This document shows, in pieces, positions 13,721 to 24,700 of a DNA stretch of 64,000 nt. The position numbers were made by a program, and so were the translations under genes. Within the stretch, counting starts at the first letter, position 1, and each line of letters opens with the position of its first letter. Source of the DNA: Sphaerodactylus townsendi (taxonomy: Eukaryota); NCBI RefSeq assembly GCF_021028975.2, contig NC_059440.1:14694001-14758000 (forward strand), read 5' to 3'. The notes under the pieces are model-generated. The model ran no database searches, was not told the origin of the DNA, and saw only the letters and a program-made list of their open reading frames with translations.

Positions 13721-13880
13721 CAGTGGTGGCGAACCTATGGCACTCCAGATGTTCATGGGCTACAATTCCCATCAGCCCCTGCCAGCATGGCCTCATCTCT
13801 GCCCAATTGGCCCTGCTGGCAGGGGCTGATGGGAATTGTAGTCCATGAACATCTGGAGTGCCATAGGTTCGCCACCACTG
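13721..13880. mobile_element. Palindromic hAT MITE
   Basis: TIR CAGTGGTGGCGAACC with an imperfect 8-bp TSD (aactagcc/aacttggc). Confidence 0.85.
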
Positions 13881-14089
13881 AACTTGGCAAAAAGTGAATC
13901 CTTCAGTTGAGGTGGGGTGGGGGGGTTGATGACATGCATTGCAGGGGGTTGGACCTGATGGCCTTTGGGGTCTCTTCCAACTCTATGGCCCTATTTATCA
14001 GAAAAGAAAGAATGTTGAAAGCAGCAGATTCCATTCACACCATCACTGGATATTGTGTTACGGCTGGACTGGAGCAATCCTTCACCTTC

Positions 14090-14200
14090 TAGATGCAGGC
14101 GAAACGTTAGGAACAAAATCCACCAGACCACGGCCACACAGCCCGGAAAACCCACCAGAACCAGTTGAATCCGGCCATGAAAGTCTTCGACAATACATTA
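14090..14200 (+). mobile_element. Penelope-like 3' terminal fragment
   Basis: Same family as 29344-29616 (gcaggcgaaacgttagga...cacagcccggaaaaccc). Confidence 0.75.
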
Positions 14201-14440
14201 AGTAACATCTGTTGCACCATACCTTTTGGCCAGGACCAATTAGAAGTTATCAGAGTAATTAAATCGGATGCCAGCCTCCAGGTGGAACCTGGGGATTCCC
14301 CTGCTGATCTGTAGATTACAGAGATTAGTTCTGGCAGCAACAGGGTTGCTGCTTGGGGGGCTGGATTCTGGGACGACACTCCCCCACCCACAGATCCCCC
14401 TCTCAAGCACGCTGCTTTTCACCCCAAACTTCTGCCACAC

Positions 14441-15778
14441 CTGGCCTGGCTGGAGACCCCCCTCCCTCCTGATCGGCTGCAGCAGCTGAGGAGAATCTGC
14501 CCCACAGTGCTCGGGAGAGTCCACCCTCCCTTCCCTGGACCACGCCACGCTGACCGCCGCCTTTGCACGAGATCGCACGTGGATGTCATGGCGGGGGGGG
14601 GGGGGGGACTCCGCTATCTTCCCAAGCCTCTTGGAGCTTGGCAGCCCGTTTGGACAATGTAGCCGAGAGCCCCTCCTAGGGCGCCACCTTCGCACGAGGC
14701 CCCACGTCGAGGTTGTGGCGTGTCCGAGCCTCTTTGGGCAGGGGAGCCGCTGGGAGTGCTGCTGCTGCCCTCCAGTGGCCAAAGGTGTGAATTACAAGCG
14801 CAGCCCCGCGCAGCCCCCCCTCCCCCTCGACCACGTGGAATTTCTCAGGTTATAGTTGCTATAATGTGGCGTGTCCGAGCCTCTTTGGGCAGGGGAGCCG
14901 CTGTGGCTGCTGCTGCTCTCCAGTGGCCAAAGGTGTGAATTACAAGCGCACCCCCGCATCCCCACCACACGGCATTTCTCAGGTTATAGTTGCTATAATG
15001 TGCTTCTTGGGCAGGGGAGCCGCTGCGGAGGGCTCCCCGAGATCGTAGTAACGCTGCCGGAGAGCGTTGTATCGCCGGCCGAGATCGTAGTAACGCTGCC
15101 GGAAAGCATTGTATCGCCGGCCGAGATCGTGGTAACGCGACAGAGAGCGTTGCATCGCCGGTCGAGATCGTAGTAATGGTGCCGGAGAGCGCTGTAATGA
15201 TGTCCGAGATCGTTGTAACTCTCGCCGAGAGAGTGCTACAGCCGCCACTAGCACGCTTTTCCGGCAGCATTACCACGATCTTAGGCGGCCTTAGCACGAT
15301 CTCACAGAGCATTACTACGATCTCGGGGAGCCCTCCGCAGCGGCTCCCCTTCCCAAAGAGGCCCCAACACGCCACATTATAGCAACTATAACCTGAGAAA
15401 TGCCGCATGGGGGGGTGGGGGGGTGCGCTTGTAATTCACACCTTTGGCCACTGGAGGGTAGCGGTGTCCCCAGCGGCTCCCCTGCCCAAAGAGTCTCAGA
15501 CACGCCACAACCTCAACGTGGGGCCTCGTGCGAAGGTGGCGCCCTAGGGGCTCTCAGCCACATTGTCCAAACGGGCTGCCAAGCTCCAAGAGGCTCGGAA
15601 AGATAGCGGAATCTCCCCCCCACCCATGACATCCACGTGCGATCTCGTGCAAAGGCGTGGCGTGGTCCAGGGAAGGGAGGGTGGACTCTCCCGAGCACTG
15701 TGGGGCAGATTCTCCTCAGCTGCGGCACCCGACCAGGACGGGCGGGGGGGGGGGTGTCCCGGGGGAGCCAGGCCAAGG
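14441..15778. repeat. Foldback element: long inverted arms (about 14441-15038 and 15325-15778) around a 21-bp tandem array
   Basis: Arms are reverse-complementary, e.g. gcagctgaggagaatctgcccacagtgctcgggagagtccacc versus ggtggactctcccgagcactgtggggcagattctcctcagctgc. The left arm has an extra internal duplication of about 140 bp. Confidence 0.9.
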
Positions 15779-15790
15779 GGGGGGGGGCGT

Positions 15791-17314
15791 TTGAAGCCAA
15801 TGACGGGAGCCCCGCCCTCCCCGTCGCCTCCGGGGTGATGAGTCCGGAGAGAGAGCGCCGATTGGGCCGCCGCCTTTCCTCCTCCTCCTCCTGCCGCTTG
15901 ATTGGCTGGCAGGGCAGTAAAGGCGGAAGCGTCCAGGGGGCCCCGATGGGGAGGAGGAGGGGGCCCTCCTGCATGGTTGGCGGCGGCTGCTGCTGCTGGA
16001 GGGTCGTCGTCGTCGTCGGTGGGGGGACTCTGGCCGCCCTCTCGCCCTCGCTGGCCCTGATGGACGGGGAGGGGCGGTCAGTGGCAGGGGCATAACGAGG
16101 CAAACTGGAGCCCTGGGCAAAACCTGAGTTGGGTCTCCCCCCCCCCCCCCAATGGGCGGCCACCCCACCAGGACCAAAACACATTTTTTTTTGCACCAGG
16201 TCATTGGTGCCTGCAGGGGGTGCATTTTTAAACGTATCGACACAAAAATGTCATCATATCCTCAGGAGACTGTCCTGACGCTACCCCTCAAGTTTGGTGC
16301 AGTTTGGTTCAGAAGTTATGGACCCTCAAGAGGGTAGCCCCCATCTCCTTAGCTCCCATTGGAAAGAATGGGGGCACCCCCTTTGAGGGTCCATAACTTT
16401 GTCCCCCCAGACCCAAAGTGCACCAAACCTGGGGGGTATCATCAGGGCAGTCTCCTGATGAGACCCTGAAACTTTTGAGACTGTGCCTTCAGAAATGTGG
16501 CCCCCCCAGCCTGCATCCCCTATTGACAGCAATGCAGAAAACTCACCCCAGAACAAAGATTCTTGGGCAAATTTCTGGGATGTTCCTGCAGGGGCGTGTA
16601 TTTTTGGACGTATCGGAGCCAAAATTTCAGGGTATCATCTGGAGACTGTCCTGACGCTACCCTTCACGTTTGGTTCAGGGGGGCCAAAGTTATGGACCCT
16701 CAAAAGGGTAGCCCCCATCTCCTTAGCTCCCATTGGAAAGAATGGGGGATGGGAGCACCCCCTTTGAGGGTCCATAGCTTTGGCCCCCCCGACCCAAACT
16801 GCACCACACCTGGAAGGTATCATCAGGACAATCTCCTGATGATACCCTGAAATTTTGGTGCCGATACGTCCAAAAATGCACCCCCTGCAGGCCAAAATGT
16901 GAAAAAACAGCAAAAAATAAAAACGGATTGCTCACATGCCCCCACGTGACTCAAAATTCCGATGCCCTGGGCAATGGCCCAAACTGCCCAATGGATGTTA
17001 CGCCCCTGCTCCACAGACAGCCCCTCCCCGTCCACCAGGGCCAGTGAGGGAGTTTGGCCAGAGTCCCCCCACCGACGACGACGATCCTCCAGGAGCAGCA
17101 GCCGCCGCCAACCCTGCAGGAGGGCCCCCACCTCCTCCTCCTCACCGGCTGCTTCACTCACGGGTCCCTCTGGACGCTTCCACCTGTACAGCCCCGCTGG
17201 CCAGTCAAGCGGGAGAAGGAGGAAGGGCGACGGGCCAATCGGCGCGCTGGGTCCAGCGAAAGGCGTGGGCATTTGCCAGGAGGCACCGGGGAGGGGCTTC
17301 TGTCGTTGGCTTCA
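15791..17314. repeat. Second inverted repeat (arms about 15791-16084 and 17009-17314) enclosing a MITE-like element
   Basis: ggcggcggctgctgctgctggagggtcgtcgtcgtcgtcggtggggggactctggcc is mirrored by ggccagagtccccccaccgacgacgacgatcctccaggagcagcagccgccgcc. Confidence 0.85.
16085..17008. mobile_element. Non-autonomous hAT-like element with internal inverted subrepeats of about 150-170 bp
   Basis: Termini CAGGGGCATAAC...GTTACGCCCCTG. Internal units (ggagactgtcctgacgctaccc...ggaccctcaa) occur in alternating orientation. Confidence 0.65.
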
Positions 17315-17420
17315 GGTGAAGGCTAAGCCCCGCCCTGTGGGCTGCCCTCCCCCCTCCCTTTCCAAAACGGCACTGTCGGCAGCAGCCTCCTTCCCCTTCC
17401 CCCCGCCCAGCCCCCTCGGT

Positions 17421-17546
17421 GTCGTTATAATGACACCCGACGTCATTATAACGACATCCGACGTCGGTATAATGACGCTCGATGTCATTATAACGACGTC
17501 CAGTGTCGTTATAACGACAGGAAGAGTCGATATAACGACGCTGCCG
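17421..17546. repeat. Six 21-bp tandem units, each with a 14-bp palindrome (consensus GTCGTTATAACGAC)
   Basis: Units start at 17421, 17442, 17463, 17484, 17505 and 17526. Confidence 0.9.
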
Positions 17547-18037
17547 AGCTAAGGGCAGGAAAGGAGGAGGAAGCACTGCTGCCCCCTGGGGGATCTGGCC
17601 TCTTACTCCATCCAAGGCATTTGTTTGCCCTGGTCTTTGTCGCCCCCTGCTGGCCATTTGGCAATGCTGCAGCAGTCTTTGCCAGACTAAACACATGCCG
17701 ACATCGAGCTTTTTCCATGCCATGCTGCATGATAGGTGCCTGCCCTGCAAGGCCACTGGCTCACCTGACCTTTCTGAACCTAAGTCTTAACCATTCTCCC
17801 ATGCCAAACCCCATTCCTCCTTTCCCAAGTTTCTATTCGTCCCATACAGAGAAAGACACCAGGAAAACTCTGGCAACTTGTCCTCCAGCAAGGCAAATGG
17901 CAGCTCTGGAAAAGAGGAATTTTAGGAAATAGTACTGAGGGCAGGAGTGACGTTTCCCTCCCCATACATACTTAGGATTGGTGCTATGACCCCACTCTAG
18001 AGTAGGATCCTTCACGTCTGCAGTAGGATCCTTCACG

Positions 18038-19970
18038 AACATCAAGACCAGCAACAAACAGTTCTTCAAGTACATCAAAAGCAGGAAGCCAGCTAGGGAA
18101 GCGGTAGGCCCGTTAGATGATGAAGGAACAAAAGGTGTGCTAAAAGATGACAGGGAGATTGCAGAGAAGCTGAATGAATTCTTTGCATCTGTCTTCACCC
18201 AAGAGGAGGTGAGGAAAATTCCTGCACCTGAACCAAGCTTCTTAGGAGGTGAATCCGAGGAACTAGCGAAGTTAGTGGTGGACAAGGAAGAAGTTCTGGC
18301 AGCCATTGATAAACAAAATGCTACCGAATCCCCTGGCCCAGATTGCATTCACCCAAGAGTTCTTAAAGAGCTCAAGCATGAAATTGCTGATGTTCTCACA
18401 TTAATATGCAACTTATCCCTGAAATCAGGCTCCATCCCTGAAGACTGGAAGATGGCCAATGTCACACCAATCTTTAAGAAAGGGTCTAGGGGGGACCCAG
18501 GAAATTACAGGCCAGTCAGTTTGACATCTGTTCCTGGTAAATTTGTAGAATCTATCATTAAAGATAAAATTATTAAACATGTAGAAAAGCAAGACCTGCT
18601 GAGGAAGAGTCAGCATGGCTTTTTCAGAGGCAAGTCCTGTCTTACAAACTTACTAGAGTTCTTTGAGGGTGTAAACAGGCATGTGGATAAAGGGGAACCA
18701 GTGGACATTGTCTACTTGGATTTCCAAAAGGCTTTTGACAAAGTTCCTCACCAGAGACTGTTGAGAAAACTCAGTAATGAAGGAATAAGAGGGGAAGTCC
18801 TCCTATGGATTAAAAACTGATTGAAGAACAGGAAACAAAGGGTGGGTATTAATGGGAAGTTCTCACAATGGAGAGATGTCGGGAGTGGTGTCCCCCAAGG
18901 ATCCGTTTTGGGACCAGTGCTCTTTAACTTATTCATAAATGACCTGGAAGTAGGGGTGGGTAGCATGGTGGCCAAGTTTGCAGATGATACCAAATTATGT
19001 AGGGTGGTGAGAACCACAAAGGATTGCGAAGAGCTCCAAGCGGACCTTGATAAATTAGGTGATTGGGCTAAGAAATGGCAAATGCAGTTCAATGTAGCAA
19101 AATGCAAAGTGATGCACATAGGGGCAAAAAATCCAAACTTCACATACATGCTACAAGGGTCAGTGCTATCAGTCACAGACCAGGAAAGGGATTTGGGCGT
19201 CTTAGTTGATAGATCCATGGGAATGTCAACTCAATGCATGGCAGCTGTGAAAAAGGCAAACTCTATGCTGGGGATAATTAGGAAAGGAGTTGATAATAAA
19301 ACTGCAAAGATTGTCATGCCCTTATATAAAGCAGTGGTGCGACCGCACTTGGAGTACTGTGTTCAGTTCTGATCGCCACATCTCAAAAAGGATATCGAAG
19401 AGATAGAAAAAGTGCACAGAAGGACAACGCGGATGATTGAAGGATTGGAGCACCTTCCTTATGAGGAGAGGCTGCAGCGTTTGGGACTCTTTAGTTTGGA
19501 GAGGAGACGGCTGAGGGGGGATATGATTGAAGTCTACAAAATTATGCATGGGGTAGAAAATGTTGACAGAGAGAAATTTTTCTCTCTTTCTCACAATACT
19601 AGAACCAGGGGGCATCCATTGAAAATGCTGGGGGGAAGAATTAGGACTAATAAAAGGAAACACTTCTTCACGCAATGTGTGATTGGTGTTTGGAATATGC
19701 TGCCACAGGAGGTGGTGATGGCCACTAACCTGGATAGCTTTAAAAAGGGCTTGGACAGATTTATGGAGAAGTTGATGTATGGCTACCAATCTTGATTCTC
19801 CCTGATCTCAGATTGCAAATGCCTTAGCAGACCAGGTGCTCAGGAGCAGCAGCAGGCCATGCTTTCACATCCTGCACATGAGCTTCCAAAGGCACCTGGT
19901 GGGCCACTGCGAGTAGCAGAGTGCTGGACTAGATGGACTCTGGTCTGATCCAGCAGGCTAGTTCTTATGT
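18038..19970 (+). mobile_element. CR1 LINE, 5'-truncated (RT domain of ORF2 plus 3'UTR), inactive
   Basis: ORFs 18137-19795 carry PGPD.IHPR, NYRPVSLTS, YLDFQKAFDKV, GVPQGSVLGP, KFADD and YEERL..LGLFSLE. Two in-frame TGA stops (18818-18820, 19370-19372). Ends in a GTTCTTATGT CR1 tail. Confidence 0.95.
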
Positions 19971-20512
19971 CTGCTATTTAAGTCTTTAAATAAGAAATGG
20001 TGGAGATCCAAACAAGCCCCTTCCAGCATCTCAAAGTGTCTTATCCAAGGCCCTGATGCAGCCCAGGGAGCCCTTGGCTGCTGTCTGTGGGGCTGGGAAA
20101 CTGCCCATCGCTCCCGACTGAGCAATAACAAACCAGAGCAGCTGATCTCAGGTGTTGGACCCAAACCTGGTGATGATGTACACACAAAACTGGAACTTCC
20201 ACAGGAATCAGTGTTTGTGGTTGGATTGGGATGCTGTTCCACTGCTGAATCTGTTCACCAGTGTAGCCTTATTGCGGACATTGATTCCTGCTTTCCTTAT
20301 TTTAAGGTTCATAATGGGAAGCTGCTTTGGAAGGATGTATGTTGAGAGTTTGGGGATACAGATATCTTCCTCCTCCGTTTGTGAGAGCATGAGAAGAATT
20401 TGCCAGGATTTCCCTTGTCTTTTTGGATTTGCACGGGGGCAGGCTGCCTGCACGCAATCTCCAAAGAAGGAGACTCCACCACTCTCCGAGGCAGTGAATT
20501 CCACTGTTGAAC

Positions 20513-21000
20513 AACGTCGAGGTTGTGGAGTGTCTGCTCTTTGGGCAGGGGAGCCGTTGGGAGCACTGTTGCTGCCCTCCGGTGGCCAAAGGCATGAACG
20601 ACAAGCGCGTCTCAGACTCTGGGCGCCACCCTGCAAAGGGGCTTTTGCTCCAAAGAGGCTCCGACACTATGCAACCTCGATGTGCGGCCTCATGCGAAGG
20701 CGGCGCCTGAGAAAGGCCGCCCTAGGCTCTCGGCTCCATTGTCCAAAGGGGCTGCCAGCTCCAAGAGGCTTGGAACGTTAGTGGAGGCGCCCACAACCTC
20801 CACCTGCGGTCTCGTGCGAAGGCGGCGCCCTGAGAAGAGTTGTCCGGGGCTGCTGGCATCCCTTTTGTACAGGAGCCCCTTGGCCAAAGAGCCTCAGAAA
20901 ATTAGCGGGGCCCCACAACCTGCACATGAGGTCCCGTGTGAAGGCGGCGGTCAGAGTGGCGCTGTCCCGGGCTGCTGGCATCCACTCTGCACAGGGCTTG
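20513..21000. repeat. Diverged third copy of the foldback-arm sequence
   Basis: cgtcgaggttgtgg...ctctttgggcaggggagccg...gtggccaaagg and repeated gcgaaggcggcgcc match the 14.5-15.7 kb arms. Confidence 0.75.
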
Positions 21001-21466
21001 GACCCCCTCTCCCAGGAGTGCTGGGAAGCTCCAGCTCAGGGGCTGGCAGATGTGCAAGACGTCATTTCTGGTCCCCTCTTCCCCATAGAGTCTCCTCCAC
21101 TTTTCTGAAAAGCACAAGGGGGGGCTGGCTCCTGGCAACCCCTCCTTGGTTGGATTGGACTGGGCTCGCCCCAGAAAACCCTGCCCCCTCTTTCAAGAAT
21201 AGAGGCCAAACACAGTTGCTTTCTTTTAAATAAGGCCTGCAAGGACAGACTTAGGAAGCTGGGTATGTTTAGCTTGGTGAAGAGAAGGTTTAGAGGTGAC
21301 ATGATAGCCATGTTTAGGTATTTGAAGGGATGTCAATGTTACAAGCTGAGCTAGCAAACATTCTTGCTTAATGCTGGTTAGAAGGGATGTCCACATGCAG
21401 TTAATGAAGGTGTGTTTGGGTGCAGGGAGACCATTCAATTTGCACAGGGCAAGGTGTTCAACTGGG

Positions 21467-21472
21467 TTTATT
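21467..21472 (-). terminator. Probable C1QBP polyadenylation signal
   Basis: AATAAA on the minus strand about 280 nt past the stop codon. Confidence 0.55.
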
Positions 21473-21753
21473 ATCACATCATTTCACCTTCCGCCTCCAA
21501 ATTGTACAAAAAACCAAATCACACTTCCAAGAATAGCTGGCGCGATACAAATCTGAGAGCTGGACGTCATCACTACAGTTGGATCTGAAGCAACAGTTGC
21601 CAAGTTCTCAAATTGCACCAATTTTCTTCCCGCAATGAATGTGTCAGTCTTCATCTCTCCCTCTCTGTCTCATGGCCGGGTTTTCTAAACAAGAGTCCAG
21701 CATCTGTTGGTCAGCCTCAGCAGCAGATTTCAGGCCTTCCGCTCGGTCTCGGC

Positions 21754-24700
21754 CTACTGGCATTTCACAAACTGCTTCAGACCTTCGAGGAATCGAATGT
21801 ATTCTTGGTGCTCCAGTGCTGTGCTGAGTTCCATCAGCTCATCCGCAAACGTGTTGTCCACTCCTCGGTCGGCCAAGAAATCCATCAAGTGGTCGTACAG
21901 GGCCTGGGGAGATAATTTTGAAAGGGGCGTTGTAAGAAGCATGTCCACTCATCACGTACCACAAATCAGGGACGATGGGCCTGAAGCTGACCCTGGTTTT
22001 CCAGTGCTCATACCACACGCATATGGTACATGTTTGCAATAAGGCTGCAACTTCTAGGTCAGTTAGCAGATCAAGTGATGCTAGTAATCAAGGGTGAATT
22101 GGAGAGCCCTTCATACAAGTCGGGCCTTGGCTCCACCAGAAAGGTTTCTGGGAATGGAAGAGACCATCTGACTCTCATAGAATACCACCTTCTTCCCCAT
22201 CATGTACTGCAGTGCCAAATGCCCCTCTGCAATACTGCTCCCAAGACACGGGGACCCCCAGGGACAACAGACCCTGCCTAACCCTTCTGGTTGCCTGGCT
22301 TGTATTTGCTCTTACCCAGTCGAGAGAGTCCGTGTTGAGTGTGTAATTATTTTCACGCCATTCTGAATCTCCTGCGGGCTGGAAGCTCACCTCCCGGATG
22401 GCAAAGATGTCGCTTTCCTCTTCCTCTCCGTGACCAATCTGAGCAAGAGGGCAACCAAACGTCAGCCGGAATGGAGAGGAGCGAGAAAGAAGGAACCCAA
22501 CAGAGCACACCACTACTACCCAACAGAGCACACCACTACGAAACTCTAAGGCAGGGGTCTGCAACCTGTGGCTCTCCAGATGTCCATGGACTACAATTCC
22601 CATCAGCCCCTGCCAGCATGGCCAATTGGCCATGTTGGCAGGGGCTGATGGGATTTGTAGTCCATGAACATCTGGAGAGCCACAGGTTGCAGACCCCTGC
22701 TTAAGGCAATCAGCAAGTGCTTTAAAAAGTTTGGTTAAGGCCCTCAAAAGGCCAATGCAGAGCAGTAGTGCTTGTATAACAGCTAGAGGACTTGGCCAAC
22801 CAGTGCTCAGTAAGTTCTCTCAAATATCAGGTTAGCTGAGAAACCAGGGTTATTACTGTAACCATTCTGGCCACAGCAAAGGGCATGCACAGCTGCGAAT
22901 TCTTCCATCTGGAAATACTTCCATGAATGCTCTGGGGACTAACATATCAGGGAGGAGGCTAGTCTAAAGCTAGTCTAGAACTCTGTTCCTTGCCAGGTTA
23001 AAGCTCATCAAAAGCCAGTCTAGAACTCTTTTCCTTGCCAGGTTAAAGCTCATCAAAAGCCAGTCTAGAACTCTTTTCCTTGCCAGGTTAAAGCTCATCA
23101 AAAGCCAGTCTAGAACTCTTTTCCTTGCCAGGTTAAAGCTCATCAAAAGCCAGTCTAGAACTCTTTTCCTTGCCAGGTTAAAGTTAGTCTAACGCTAATC
23201 TAGAACTCTTTTCCTTGCCAGGTTAAAGCAAGTCTAGAGCTCTCTTCCTTGCCTTAGCTTTCCACAAACTAGGGATTAGGGAGGAGAAAAAGCCACACAA
23301 AACAGAAGTGAATCTCTTGAAAAAAAGGTAAAAGAAACACTTGGAACCTTCCTGGGATGCATGGTGTTCATGCCCAGCAACATTTATGTGAAACGTAAGA
23401 AAGTCCTACGGGATGAAACCAGGGGTCCATCTAGTCCAGCATCCTGTCCCACACAGCAGTTCTGTTGGAGGCCCAACAGGATGTGATAAAGCCGAGGCCC
23501 TGATGCTGCCTCCTGACTCTGGTATTCAGAGGTGGACTGTCTCTGAATGGGGAGCTTCTCTTCAGCCACTGCGGCTAAATGCAATCGACAGACCCATCCT
23601 CCAGGAATCCTTCCAATCCCCTATACCTGCGGCCATCGTTACATCCTCCGACAGCCAACAGACCAAAATGCAATACCAACCTCATCCTCAGGATAATGGC
23701 AATCCAGCACAAGTGTCTGTTTCGTGTCATCCTTGGTCACTTCAATAACAAAATTCGGGGTTGAGGTCAGCTCGGGCTGTGGGGAGAGATGACAACAGGG
23801 GTAACATCACCAACCTGGCACTATAGCGAACGCAAGCATGGAGAGCAGGGCCCCCTATTACAACAGTATGGACACCCAATGAGCATCACCCAGAGAAAGG
23901 GCAGCACTTTTAGTTTCATGGGAGATTTTTGAACATCTGCTTTAAAAATAATCTTTTCCCGTGAATTCCAAAGGGATTTAAGACATGGGCATTGTAACTT
24001 CACCTTAGCCAGCATGGTGTAGTGGTTAAGAGCAGGTGCGCTCTAATCTGGAGAACCGGGTTTGATTCCCTGCTCTGCCACTTGAGCTGTGGAGGCTTAT
24101 CTGGTAAACCAGATTAGATTGTGCACTCCAACACCCCCCCCCCTCCATAACCAGAAGAAGCAGAATGATGCCAATAGCTGCAGACAGGCTTCTTCTATGG
24201 TATACATACAAACGATGGATTCTTTTGATTTTTTTTAAAGGTGTAGGATTCACACAGCCAGGCCGTTAACTCAGAAGAATTCCAGAGACAGTGATCAACA
24301 TTTAAAAGGTTGAATCGATCGAAGGGTAGCTTCCTCCACCTTACCTCTTGCTCATTGGGTTTCTGTTCTTCCTGTCCTTCCTCGTCAAAACTGGGTGGGA
24401 TGCTATTGTTAATGTTGAAGGAAATGCTGATCCTACGAGCAAAGAAGGCAACAATCTAGGATCAGCTCACAGAGACCGTGACATACCGATAGCCCTCTCC
24501 CTTACCAATCAAAAGCACTTTCAGAAGGAGAGTCTTGTCAGGGCGGTGTTTAAGGGATGCATCAGTCCCCAGTTAGAACTCCACGTCCCCCGGCCCCCCG
24601 AGGGAGGTACTTCACATGTAGTTGCTTCTAAATCTGTATTCCAATTTGTGACCCAAACAATATGGGTCCTCAACAAAATCAGTTCGGTATATTTCAGGAA

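Noticed and set aside
17421-17546. CRISPR-like appearance of palindromic repeats with variable spacers
   Set aside because: Spacers are only 7 nt, there are no cas genes, and the context is vertebrate.
14240-17756. Many 150-230 aa ORFs in the GC-rich repeat block
   Set aside because: Low-complexity products on both strands expected from stop-poor GC-rich repeats, with no recognisable domain.
18137-19795. Active LINE, or APOBEC editing (both stops are TGG>TGA)
   Set aside because: The element is 5'-truncated and lacks the endonuclease. Two Trp-to-stop changes are too few to infer editing, and Trp codons are the easiest route to a stop.
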